Shown: in pieces, positions 14,000 to 28,657 of the stretch
Position numbering within the stretch: position 1 is the first letter of the stretch
Layout of the letters: the number at the start of each line of letters is the position of its first letter
From: Eledone cirrhosa
Lineage: Eukaryota
NCBI GenBank assembly: GCA_964016885.1
Contig: OZ024743.1
Location: forward strand, 162,316,001 to 162,380,000
Length of the DNA stretch: 64,000 nucleotides
Direction of reading: 5' to 3'
Translations under genes and position numbers: made by a program
The notes under the pieces: model-generated
What the model was told of the DNA's origin: nothing
Seen by the model: only the letters and a program-made list of their open reading frames with translations
Database searches by the model: none

Positions 14000-14178
14000 A
14001 TTGTTTCTACTTTTGGCACAAGGCCAGCAATTACCCAGTGCATTACTGGTACTTTATTTTATCGACCTGTAAGGATGAAAGGCAAAGTTAACCTTGGCGG
14101 GATTTGAACTCAGACCGTAAAGGGATGTAACTATACTGAAAAGCATGGCGTCCGACCCCCTACCGATACTGCCAATTC
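14000..14178 (-). mobile_element. tRNA-derived SINE family 1, near full length
   Basis: Reverse complement of 59852-60042, including the A box (TGGCAGTATCGG) and B box (GAGTTCAAATCC). Confidence 0.9.
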
Positions 14179-14659
14179 AATAATGATAATAATAATAATA
14201 GTGAGTAAAATCGAAGTTGCAGCTGCGAAATCAATCTTCTGAGGCTGGCACAAAGCACTCAATGGAGTGATATCGATAAATCAATAAATTATAGCTCAGA
14301 GTAATAACAATACTTTAGGGGTGTGACACAGTGAAAATTGCGACCGGAGACAAGTAGCCACAAAGCCACTACAACAACGAAACAACTTAAACAGGTTTTA
14401 GACGAACTTCATCGATAGACATAAATATCTTCGATTGGTTTCTGGGAATCTGGAAGCTACACTCCAAGCTGCATAACATACAAGCCAGTAATGTATCCTA
14501 AGATGGAACGAGAATATCCCTTTCTCAACAGGCATTTCGTTCTGTTATCCTCCAGCGTGGCTTTGTACCTCTGCTGCCAAGGACTGTAGCAACAACCTTT
14601 GCAGCGGGGTCACGTGTTCTTTCTCAAAAAGATATATATATATATATATTCATATACAT

Positions 14660-15162
14660 ATGTCTGTATCTGCTCGCGATCTATTGGTACATTCTACCAA
14701 GTCATATTCGATTGCAGGTAACGGCCGTAGTTTTAGTTTTCGCGCACACACACACACACACATATATATATATGCATACACACACATACATATATATGCA
14801 TATATATATATATATATATATATAAGGAACGATCGACTTTCGTCGAATCGGACCGAGGGAACAATGTTTCCGTTGGTCTTTCCAATTGCTAATACTATCT
14901 ATCGGTCGCAACTCCAGGTAGAAGGAGCAACGTGAAATAAAGTGTCTTGCTCAAGAACATAACGCATCGCCTGGTCCAGGAATCGAACTCACAACCTTAC
15001 GTTTGCGAATCCAATTCTCTAACCACTCCGCCACACGTCTTCAAGGCGTGTGGCTGAGTGGTTATATATATATAAAACTGAAAAGGTGGTCAAGAAGGCA
15101 TTAACCACCCAAGCCAAAAACCAATTCAAGCTAAACAGATCAAAACAAAATAAATGATAAAA

Positions 15163-15209
<47 letters not shown>

Positions 15210-15341
15210 TATATATATGTATGTGTGTGTATGCATAAATATATATGTGTGTGTGTGTGCGAAAACTAAAACTACGGCTGTTACCTGTAATCGAATATGA
15301 CTTGGTAGAATGTACCAATAGATCGCGAGCAGATACAGACA
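14660..15341. repeat. Inverted duplication (arms 14660-14822 and 15167-15341), including the microsatellite flank
   Basis: tgtctgtatctgctcgcgatctattggtac...ttttcgc(ac)n is the reverse complement of (gt)n gcgaaaactaaaac...gcagatacagaca. Confidence 0.9.
14925..15037 (-). mobile_element. tRNA-derived SINE family 2, 5' part
   Basis: The minus strand reads GTGGCGGAGTGGTTAGAG (A box)...GAGTTCGATTCCTGG (B box)...ttcttgagcaagacactttatttcac. Confidence 0.8.
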
Positions 15342-15856
15342 TCATCTCAACATTCCTTCGCATGATGCAGAAAAACACGGGGATACACCATACTGGGTTG
15401 GTACTTTCTTTATCGGCCCCAGAGGATGAAAGACGTTCGAACAAGTCTTCTAAATCGACTGCATGTATATGAGATTTTCGTTTTGATTGATTAACATGTC
15501 TGATGAGCAGATTGGGCTGGAATTGCGTCTATAACACTAGCATGCATCCTGAGCCAGCCATGTGTGAAAAGACCGCCACTGTACATAATCAGTAAAGACA
15601 ATAACAAATCTCATTTTGTTCCCCTTAAATATATCCTGGGAGTGTAACGCGAAGTTACTGTAGGTTCACGCAGGTCAGCATTCAATGTGTAGGTTGAGGC
15701 CAGTATGGAGGTGTAGAGCTAGACAGTGTGTAATACAAGGACGAATGGTTAAGCCTTCATTACGTTTACTGGTTAGTGACGCGCGTTTCGCTATTGATCA
15801 CCTCAAGGTTCGATCTGGCCCGACTCTCGAATCAAAAGCTCGTTCAATCTCTGTTG

Positions 15857-15901
<45 letters not shown>

Positions 15902-16075
15902 ACACATGTATATATATATATATACACATACAAACACGCGCGCGCGCTATTGAATGTATGTATAGTATATTTGGCAATATACCGTATGTTTAATTAAAAA
16001 CATTTAGAAGACCTTACGCTATCGGTTTGAAAGTAGTGACTATGTCACTTCGTTTCGGCGAAAGAAGGGAAAGAA

Positions 16076-16115
16076 GCTGACAGTCTGTTTCACGCTGGTT
16101 GGCGTTAATCAGAGC
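16076..16115 (-). ncRNA. Type I minimal hammerhead ribozyme motif (core variant CUGAUUA)
   Basis: GCU-CUGAUUA-ACGC caacca GCGU-GAAA-CAGACU-GUC-AGC. G8 is substituted. Confidence 0.65.
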
Positions 16116-16487
16116 CACGCACTCCCCTGCTTCCACCGAAAATTATAGAAGCTGGATTCTTATAGAATTCCAGTAATAATCAGGAGCTGATTATACAGAG
16201 CGATTGCCGATCCAGCAAAAATTAGGTATTATGATTGATGCTCTGAAATAGCGATGTATACATGAATGTATGTATAGTATATTTAGCAATATACCATATG
16301 TCTAAATGTTTTTAATTAAACATACGGTATATTGCCAAACATGCTATACATACATTCATGTATGCATCGCTATTTCAGAGCACCAATCCTAATACCTAAT
16401 TCTTGCTGTAAATCAGCTCCTGATTATTACTGGAATTCTATAAGAATCCAGCGTCTATAATTTTCGGTGGAAGCAGGGGAGTACGTG

Positions 16488-16527
16488 GCTCTGATAAACG
16501 CCAACCAGCGTGAAACAGACTGTTAGC
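16488..16527 (+). ncRNA. Type I minimal hammerhead ribozyme motif (core variant CUGAUAA)
   Basis: GCU-CUGAUAA-ACGC caacca GCGU-GAAA-CAGACU-GUU-AGC. Confidence 0.6.
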
Positions 16528-16645
16528 TTCTCTCCCTTCTTTCGCCGAAACGAAACATAGTCACTACTTTAAAACAGATAGCGTATGGTCTTCTAAACGT
16601 TTTTAATTAAACATACGGTATATTGCCAACTATACTATACATACA

Positions 16646-16721
<76 letters not shown>

Positions 16722-16724
<3 letters not shown>

Positions 16725-16781
16725 TCTTTTACTCTTTTACTCTTTTACCTGTTTCAGCCATCCGGCTGAGGCCATGCTGGG
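16722..16781 (-). mobile_element. 3' tail of a SINE/LINE ending in (AAAAGAGT)n
   Basis: (actctttt)3 followed by cctgtttcagccatccggctgaggccatgctgg. Resembles an abundant octopod repeat tail, from memory. Confidence 0.55.
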
Positions 16782-16791
16782 TATATATATA

Positions 16792-16939
16792 TAATATTAA
16801 TAAATGGAAACTATCTTTATAAAACCATATTTATTTTATTATCTATATATTTCAGCGTATCAAAAATGTTGGTACCCTTGAAATATATATAATAAAATAA
16901 ATATGGTTTTATAAATATAGTTTCCATTTATTAATATTA
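16792..16939. repeat. Short fold-back made of two ends of the 'aaatggaaactat' PLE-terminal family
   Basis: taatattaataaatggaaactat..ttataaaaccatatttattttatta and its reverse complement, separated by a very short spacer. Confidence 0.85.
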
Positions 16940-17035
16940 TTAATATTATACTCCAGAAGAAAAGATTGTAGAGTAATTCTAATCTGTTATAAACTAAATT
17001 TGTTGAATTAACCAACAAATTAAATAACTCATTGC

Positions 17036-19700
<2,665 letters not shown>

Positions 19701-20269
19701 CTTTTTCTCTCTCCCCCCACCCCCTATCACGCACACACCCACCGGTACATATATACATGCACTCACACTAACCACACACCCTACTACCACCACTAACCCT
19801 CACCCACACATCGACTCCCACCACCCCACAACTAATACCACTAACATCCCCCCGACCCCACGCACACGAACACACACACCCACCCACACCCACTTACACC
19901 ACCCACTCTACACACCCTACCACCACTGACCCCCACTAACACACCCGCAATCAACCCTTTACCCACCACCAGTATACTAACACCCACTAACACCCCCTTC
20001 ACCACACGCACACACACACCAGTACACTACACTCCCTCCACCGTCCCCACACCTTTCTCTCCCTCTCCACGCTCCACCCACACCCCTTCACACACACATC
20101 CCACTAACACCTCTACTAATACACACCCCTTCCCCCCGCACGACCCCCTCCCCACTCCACCTTTCACACCTACCCATCCTCTCCCTTGTCCCCCGCACCT
20201 CCGCACACACAGATACACCAACTTTCTCCACCTGCCATTCTCCCCTACTGCTGCTATGCTCTGACCCCC

Positions 20270-20723
20270 TGACCACCTCTCCGCACACACAGACACACAA
20301 CCCTCCTCCTGCCTTGACCCTCTGACCACTTCCTGTTGCGCGCGCACCCCACATCTCCCCTCTTCCGACCAACCCAACTACGGATTACACACATTGGACA
20401 TCGCTCCCACGAATCAACTCCATCACTAGGAAAATATGCGGCAACCCACCACACCCTCTACGGAACTACCTTAGGAACTTACCCACGGAGATACACTCAC
20501 AAACATTTTTTTTCCCACACGCCACCTACATCCACAATACGTATAAACACCACACACACGTGCGTACCCCCACATATTTACACACTCAGCCTCCGGAATC
20601 CTCTCTCCCCTCCCCCACCCCTCTGACCCCTCCCCATCCACACACGCACATACACACCGACCTACACCCCACACACACCTTTTCCTGAACATGGAACCCC
20701 GTTCTTCCCCCAACACTCACATT

Positions 20724-20760
<37 letters not shown>

Positions 20761-21140
20761 ACATCTACACAGACACACCACCTTCAGCCCTCCCCGGTCG
20801 GACACCCCGCCTCCCTCTCCCCACTCTACTCGCCACCACCCCTACATGCCCCACACCCTTCCACCACTTGTTTATCTTCATGTTTATTTTTAATTTTGTT
20901 ATGTTTTTATATTTATTTTCATTTGTACCCCTTCCACCGTTTCCTGTCACCCCCTTTTTTCTAAATGTCTCTCCCCCACTCCCCTACACACCCTTGGAAC
21001 TCTCTTCCCACACACTTTTCGCCTGAAGAAGGGCTTATGCCCGAAACGTCGTTCCCCACCACCACCCTCCCACTCTCAAGAGCGTGAAACTAATAAACCT
21101 TTGTTCGTACTGCCTCTCTGTTTTGTTCCCGTTCCATTTT

Positions 21141-21145
<5 letters not shown>
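20270..21145 (+). mobile_element. PLE 3' region with C-rich UTR and terminal hammerhead
   Basis: Hammerhead at 21020-21051, then gcgtgaaactaata (shared with 23341), then (TA)n. Confidence 0.55.
21020..21051 (+). ncRNA. Type I minimal hammerhead ribozyme motif
   Basis: CUGAAGA 21023-21029, A-GGGC uuau GCCC, GAAAC-GUC. Stem I is poorly paired in this copy. Confidence 0.75.
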
Positions 21146-21185
<40 letters not shown>

Positions 21186-21746
21186 ATGTGTGTGTATATA
21201 TGTATATATATATGTGTGTGTATGTGTGTGTATAAATGTGTGAGCGGATGGATATGTGCGCACGTACGTATGTCAGTGTACGTCCGTATTTGTCTTGTCT
21301 TTCATGTTCACTGTATAATTGTTCCTCTTTCCCCTACCTGTCAATACTAACGCATCTTAAGTATGACTTATAGCTTAAGGAATGCTTCAAACAAGTGTGG
21401 CCGTGGAAGACAGGCAGTCTTTCATGCATGAATGCACGCGACGACGTGACCGAATGGAGGATAGACGTTGTTTTGTAAATAAACCGATTTTAGGAATGAT
21501 AACGAACCAATGAGCGAAGATCGCAGAATACCACGTTCATGGAATGTGGTAAATATAACAAGGAATTGGGAGATGTTCACACAAAATCAGAGACGAGCTT
21601 ACCTATTGAGGCATATCTGAGGATCTTTCGATTCCAGAGTCAGGTTCGATCAGTAATGATTTGTTCTTCGAGCTGATCGACAGTGAAACATATGTAATAT
21701 GTTATTAAATATGTTATGATGCAACACTGATTTTTTTTTCCTTTAT

Positions 21747-21807
21747 TCCTATACTATATATATATATATGTCTGTGTGTGTGTGTGTGGGTGTATAACTA
21801 TACTTGT

Positions 21808-21896
<89 letters not shown>

Positions 21897-23173
21897 TCTC
21901 TCTCTATGTATATGTATATATATATATGTACATATAATTCTTTGTCTCTCTCCTTATGCATTCTCAAATGGCTCGACCGAATCAAATCAAATTTTTCAAG
22001 TATTAGACCCCGGGATTAACAACATGTAATTTTTATTTTCATTTAGATTAAAACAATGTAACATTTTAACTAAAATAATCTTTCTATAGTCAACAACTAT
22101 AATAAACGGACATTTTATAACGCGACGACGATGACATCAGATTTTGTATATGAGTGTGTATGTGTTTGTTAGTGTGTGTGTGTGTTTATGCGTTCGTTAC
22201 GTACGTTAGGCCTTATACACACACATCTTCACGTAAATATTTAATCAGATACACAGAGAATTAAACACACACACCCACATCTTCACATAAATATACATAT
22301 GTGATGACTGACAAGTATATTTGTGTGAGTGTACATGAGAGTGTATGTGTGTGTGTGAGTATACATAGATTTCTCTGACGACTGACATAACAAAAAGCTG
22401 GGGGTAAAACTGTGTGTGTTTGTATGAATGTATGTCTGTGTGTGTTTTTTATAAGTTTTTGTGAGTGTATGTGTGTCTGTTCGTGGGTGAAACTGTGTGT
22501 GTTTGTATGAATGTATGTATGTGTGTGTGTTTTATAAGTGTATGTTTGTGTGAGTGTATATGTGTCTGTTCGGTTATATTTATATTCTCATGCCATTAAA
22601 TTAGCAGTTAATACATTTGCTTACATTTGGTTATATTGCTTATATTTGGTTAATTTACACCTCATACAAAAACAGATTAATATATATTTCTTTTGGATGT
22701 TGATACTTATTTGTTTACAATATTGGAAGAAAAAAATGTCTTTATTCCAAAAATTGCTCTCATACCCACAGATGTTCCATTTGAATTAAAGAGGTTTCAG
22801 TTTCCAGTCAAAGTTTTGTTATTTCAATTAACAAATCTCAGGGTCAATCCCTCAAGGTAGTTGGACTTGATCTCGCTACTACATGTTTCTCCCACGGTCA
22901 ACTCTATTTTGGTTGCTCACAATTTGGAAGCAGCAACAATTTATTCATTTGCACACCAACAGAAAATTACACAATGAATATTGTTTACCCTGAGGTGCTT
23001 CAAGATTGACAGATTTTCATTTCTAAATTCTATTATCATTACAATTTTGATATTCTTTTATAAAATATAGATATTTTGAAATAATTATGAGAAAAAAATA
23101 TATTTCATATTTATTGTTTACTAATGTGAATAAGAACAGCAGTAACCCGGGCAACGCCGGGTTATTCAGCTAG
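21747..23173 (+). mobile_element. Non-autonomous Helitron with a PIF1 helicase C-terminal remnant
   Basis: 5' TCCTATACTATA start (less certain). 3' hairpin taacccgg-gcaacg-ccgggtta at 23143-23164, followed by CTAG at 23170-23173. Confidence 0.8.
22728..23009 (+). pseudogene. Helitron RepHel PIF1 helicase C-terminus (frameshifted)
   Basis: VFIPKIALIPTDVPFELKRFQFPVK, frameshift, then SINKSQGQSLKVVGLDL..CFSHGQLYFGCS..TMNIVYPEVL*. Confidence 0.92.
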
Positions 23174-23204
23174 CATATATATATATATATATATACAACA
23201 TACA

Positions 23205-23400
23205 TATATCCCCCACCCCTGCTCACATTTTTTTTGTCTCTTTCATTTAGTTCCAACCGCCTCTTTCTCCATAGTTTAATCTTTCCCGATAAAGGACTGA
23301 TGTCCAATAGGTGGTGACATTCGCCTTCCTTTACCCACAAGCGTGAAATTAATATGACTTTATGTAATTGTTCCCCGTGTTTTCTCTTTTAACCTTCAAC
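23205..23400 (+). mobile_element. PLE terminal fragment with a decayed hammerhead
   Basis: ccgataaaggactgatgtcc resembles CUGANGA-AGGAC..GUCC. Downstream gcgtgaaattaata matches 21082. Confidence 0.45.
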
Positions 23401-23470
23401 TATATACACACACACATGCATACACGCACACACACACACGCACACATACACACATATATCCATGTATACC

Positions 23471-23520
<50 letters not shown>

Positions 23521-23599
23521 CATGTGTATGCATATATATATATATATATATATATGCATACATATATATATACAGATATATATAAGATATATATATCTG

Positions 23600-23680
<81 letters not shown>

Positions 23681-23681
23681 C

Positions 23682-23736
<55 letters not shown>

Positions 23737-23757
23737 CATATATAAATATATATATAC

Positions 23758-23857
<100 letters not shown>

Positions 23858-23901
23858 GTATGCATATATATATACAGATATATATAATATATATATATCT
23901 G

Positions 23902-23991
<90 letters not shown>

Positions 23992-24388
23992 AATTCTGGA
24001 CTAAATGAGAATTTTTATCCTGGTACATAAATAGCCGAGCTTCTCAGGGGGTAATTCTATATATGGTAAAAGTGATTGTCACAAGGATTGGTCAAAAGTT
24101 TGTTGTTGAGACACATAATTCTATCATGGCATTCTGTGGAAGGAAGGGGTAGCTGAACTTGCCAGTAGAAGAAAGAGGGAGAGGGAGTGGAGGAAACCCA
24201 GTCGTGCGTTGATAGTGCCAATTACAAGCAGGATCCTAAGGATAAGAGGTCAAGAAAGTATACTAGGGAGGGGGAGGAAGTCGAAACAATAAGTAAATCA
24301 ATATGGAGTAAATATATAGAATAAGAATGTTAAAAATATAAAAAAACAATTTCTGGTTACTATTCCCTTACCACAATCATCAAGTATT

Positions 24389-24444
<56 letters not shown>

Positions 24445-24446
<2 letters not shown>

Positions 24447-25956
24447 CATTTCTGAATTTGTTTAGCAAGATTCTTTATTTGAAAACGTGTGTTGAGACCG
24501 ATATTGTTATACTTTTGGAGGGTCATGTTGCCAATAAGAAACACACGCACCAGTTGCTTTCACTCCAATTTATAATAAATTAAATTATAAATTTTAAAAT
24601 TTATAGATTTCCGGTTGGTTGGTTGGTTGGTTCCACAACCGGACGGTTGTTCATATATTGTCAAAGTTCTTTCGTCACACATTCTGTGACCTCTTCAGAG
24701 AATGGGGATTCTTTTCTTTGTTTTGTGCCTCTCCTTTGTTCTGTCCTACGCCATCTTGTTTTTGTGTGTGTTGTGTGCTTAGTTTGCGCAAGTATTGCAT
24801 CCGGGTGTCTGTGTGTGTTTTCATTTGTTTATTTATATGTTACTAGTTGGTTGTTTGTTCTATGTGTGTATGTTTTCATTTTGTCCTCAATTGTAAGTTG
24901 TGATGTTGCTATCAAATTATGTTTTCTATTTAATTTTGGTTGGAGTTCATTTATGTTTATTGCCTCTGTGATTTGTCTAGACATTGCGTCTTTTCTATGT
25001 GCAGTTTTTATTTTTATTTCTATGTTCTCTAATTTGCCCTTATGTTGGTGGAGTACTGATGATTCTTTTCTATCTTGAAGCTCTCGCCAGTGTTCATTTA
25101 ATCGTTCTCCTATGCTACGAGCTGTCTCACTTATGTACATAATACACTTATTAGTAATACACACCCTTTTCAAAGACCTCCCTGTATAGACAGGAAAAGC
25201 ATAATCTGTAAACTAAGCCCCCATATTAACTGTAATACTAGAAACATAGTTTATATCATAAGATGTACTGAGGGACAATGTAAAGATAAGAATATAATGT
25301 ACATAGGTGAGACAGCTCGTAGCATAGGAGAACGATTAAATGAACACTGGCGAGAACTCCAAGATAGAAAATACTCATCAGTACTCCACCAACATGCTAA
25401 TATAGAACCTAAGGGCAAATTAGAAAACGTAGAATTAAAAATAGAATCTACACACAGAAAAGACGCAATGTTTAGACAAATCACAGAGGCAATAAACATA
25501 AATGAACTCCAACCAAAATTAAATAGAAAACATGAATGGAATAGCAACATCACAACTTACAATTAAGGACAAAATGAAAACACGCACACATAGAACAAAC
25601 AACCAACCAGTAACATGTAAATAAACAAATAAATAAACAAATAAAAACACACACAGACACCCGGATGTAACACATGCGCAAACTAAGCACACAACACACA
25701 CAAAAACAAGATAGCGTAGGATAGAACAAAGGAGAGGCACAAAACAAAGAAAAGAATCCCCAGTTACTGAAGAGTTCACAGAATGTGTGACGAAAGAAAT
25801 TTGACAATATATAAACAACCGTCCGGTTGTGGAACCAACCAACCAACCAACCGGAAATCTATAAATTTTAAAATTTATAATTTAATTTATAATAAATTGA
25901 AGTGAAAGCGACTGGTGCGTGTGTTTCTTATTGGCAACATGACCCTCCCAAAGTAT

Positions 25957-25962
<6 letters not shown>
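24445..25962. mobile_element. Tail-to-tail pair of PLE 3' ends (GIY-YIG + terminal repeat), flanked by (TA)n
   Basis: Minus ORF 24829-25173 and plus ORF 25297-25566 both encode YIGETARSIGERLNEH...RQITEAININELQPKLNRK. The arms are inverted around ~25170. Confidence 0.92.
25763..25805 (+). ncRNA. Type I hammerhead ribozyme motif (inverted partner at 24660-24702, minus strand)
   Basis: GUUA-CUGAAGA-G UUCACA gaaug UGUGAC-GAAA-GAAA-UU-UGAC. Confidence 0.65.
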
Positions 25963-26004
<42 letters not shown>

Positions 26005-26007
<3 letters not shown>

Positions 26008-26850
26008 TCTGTCCTGGGTGTCCTTTTACATTACGGATCACAGCCCTCTCGCACCAGAACTGAACAGAGTCTGATTTACCGCCTTGGGTCCTGTTTCCCT
26101 CATGGACTCAACTCTCCTCCCCAATTTCTTTAATATTACACATATACGTTCGTGCTTACCTCTCTACCCTTTTCCCAGTCACTTTTACCCCGTCTGTTAT
26201 CACACACGCGCTTGTACATTCACCCCTAGATTCCTATAGGTCTCTTATGGTTAGAAACATATACTCTTACAGCTGATGCAGACCAACAAAATAGGCACAC
26301 ACACCTCTACTTTTCCCTTCACAGCTCTGTATATACACACACACACAGACACATACACACCACACACACACACCTTCATATTAACGTACTTTTGCTGGCA
26401 GCTTCGTACTTACAAGCACACCCACACTCTTTTACTTACATATACATACACATATCCTTTTAGCTTCGTATGGATGCACACATACACATGCACGCGCGCA
26501 CACAGACACACGCACACGTATAACTTTACATACAATACGATTTTTTTCCATTTCAGGTAGACGCGCTCCATCATCCAGTTTTCTAAAAGAAAATATATCA
26601 TACACAAAACGCCAGCATCAACAGTTTTCCAAGAGATGGCAACCTGAATGGACTTGTTATTTTTCTCTAAAAACATTATTTTCCGATTCCGTCCCGCCCG
26701 TCCCTTCAATCTTTCTAATTTCTCATTGTTTCTTCTGAAGAAGGACTAGCGTCCGAAACTTTAAGACCCTCTTCCTGCTATTTCAAACATTAACCTAATA
26801 TATTCCCTATACTGTACCTTTTGTGTTGTTATTTCTGTTTACCTTTTACA
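26005..26850 (+). mobile_element. PLE 3' fragment (GIY-YIG C-terminus, UTR, hammerhead)
   Basis: SRTRTEQSLIYRLGSCFPHGLN is a typical PLE GIY-YIG end. The terminal region matches the reverse complement of 60618-60765. Confidence 0.75.
26731..26767 (+). ncRNA. Type I minimal hammerhead ribozyme motif
   Basis: UCUU-CUGAAGA-A GGAC uagc GUCC-GAAAC-UUU-AAGA. Confidence 0.75.
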
Positions 26851-27140
26851 TATAATAAAATATGAGAAAATAAAAGAAAAAAATATGCCTATTTTTTTTT
26901 CAAAGTCCCGGATGCAGTTTCGCCGATCTGTGTGCAACGTATCTGCACTATAAAAATGCATCATCGCTGTGAGGTTGATTTTGATTATCAAGAGACCCCT
27001 CAGAAAAAAGGATTATTTCTTTCGTAGCAAGTGAGAATATTTCGAGAGGCGGAGCGAGAAATTAACACATGATACAGTGATCACAGAAGGGTAGTAAGGT
27101 GGACAGTAAGCGAATAATATATATATATATATATATATAA

Positions 27141-27245
<105 letters not shown>

Positions 27246-27285
27246 GATATTAAATAAATGGAAACTATATTTATAAAACCGTATT

Positions 27286-27350
27286 TATTTTATTATATAT
27301 ATTTCAAGGGCAACGAAGCCAACCTTGGTGCGCTTTCATCAGATAAAATA
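27286..27350 (-). ncRNA. Type I hammerhead ribozyme motif inside the (TA)n-flanked element 27245-27497
   Basis: Minus strand UAUUUUAU-CUGAUGA-AAGCGCACCAAGG...GUUGCCCUU-GAAA-UAUAUA-UA-AUAAAAUA. Confidence 0.75.
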
Positions 27351-27493
27351 CAAAGTTTGTTTTATAAATAAAGACGTACCCATGAAAATCATACCTTATC
27401 GGTCAGAAATTCACTGGAGTTTACTGTTGAGTGCTCTAAATCAGTTATAAATATTTATGTTTGTCGGAATTCCAACAAATTATATACAACTTC

Positions 27494-27559
<66 letters not shown>

Positions 27560-27563
<4 letters not shown>

Positions 27564-27728
27564 AACAGGTAAGACCCCGACGGCTGAGCTCTGTCCAGAA
27601 TTAGCCGTCGAAACGGCTTGAGCTCAGCCGTCGGGGTCCTACTCGTTCCTATTACCCACTCTACTACCCTAAGTATTGAGTACTTTGGTGCGTTATGGCC
27701 CACCTGGTTCCTTACCACATTTCCTTCG

Positions 27729-27730
<2 letters not shown>
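27560..27730. repeat. Hairpin-ended repeat (gaccccgacggc.gagctc family), other copies at 39075-39132, 45460-45520 and 45645-45700
   Basis: gaccccgacggctgagctc...gagctcagccgtcggggtc forms an inverted repeat at 27572-27638. All copies abut (TA)n. Confidence 0.75.
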
Positions 27731-27794
<64 letters not shown>

Positions 27795-27925
27795 CTTGAC
27801 TCTGTATACCGTTTATCTTTCACCGAAAGTGATTTTTCATTACATCTCTTCTTTCCATGATATCCGGAATACATTGAGTTCTTCATACGGATTGGACACT
27901 ACCGTAAACTCTTGGTAGATTTATC

Positions 27926-27959
<34 letters not shown>

Positions 27960-27962
<3 letters not shown>

Positions 27963-28283
27963 TTTGAATTTGTTTTGCAAGATTTCTTATCTGAAAACGC
28001 GTGTTGAAACAGATATTGTTATACTTTTGGGGGGTCATGTTACCAATAAAAACGTACGCACATGTTGGTTTTCACTTCAATTTATTATAAATTTCCGGTT
28101 GGTTGGCTGGTTGGTTCGATAACCAGAAGGTTGTTTACTTATTGTCAAAGCTCTTTTTAGATGTGTGACGAAAGCGCTTTGACAATATATAAACAACCTT
28201 CCGGAAATTTATAATAAATTGAAGTGAAAACCAACAGGTGCGAGTGTTTTTATTGGCAGCGTGACCCTCCCAAAGTATAACAA
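27960..28283. mobile_element. Miniature tail-to-tail PLE derivative (family of 24445-25962)
   Basis: Left end tttgaatttgttttgcaag and right end cccaaagtataacaatat, the same ends as the larger copies. Contains gtgtgacGAAAgcgcUUtgac, a hammerhead 3' half. Confidence 0.85.
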
Positions 28284-28489
28284 TATATATATATATATAT
28301 ATATACAATGTGGAAAACGAATATATATGTGTGTGTATATATATATATATATATACACACAAAGAAAGAGAGAGGGGGAGAGAGAGAGGGGAAGACATGG
28401 ATAGAAAAATCAGTTTTAAAATCATTTTTAATTCCTTACACATTGAATTATATACTATCATATATAATTCTCTACATACATTTGAGCTT

Positions 28490-28533
<44 letters not shown>

Positions 28534-28590
28534 TTTATATATATATTAATTCAAAATATTAACAAAAATAGACATTCGTGTGATCAAGTA

Positions 28591-28657
28591 TATTTTATTA
28601 TACATATTTCAGAGGTACTGAGCTATCTTCAACAGTACGTCCTCATCAGATGAAATA
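28591..28657 (-). ncRNA. Type I hammerhead ribozyme in the 3' pseudo-LTR
   Basis: Reverse complement of the motif at 35467-35533. Confidence 0.8.

Larger units (their letters stand above)
15951..16650. mobile_element. Palindromic non-coding element built from a ~312-bp hammerhead-containing unit (retrozyme-like or PLE terminal repeat)
   Basis: The unit start tgaatgtatgtatagtatattt recurs at 15951 and 16263. The whole block is mirrored around ~16305 and followed by (TA)n. Confidence 0.8.

Noticed and set aside
14200-14630. Possible decayed hAT transposase (RWN-like motif)
   Set aside because: Only a three-residue motif among stops and frameshifts; needs a profile search.
15498-15575. CTGATGAG...GAAA as another hammerhead
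   Set aside because: A partial stem II (GGCTGG/CCAGCC) exists, but there is no convincing NUH site or stem I.
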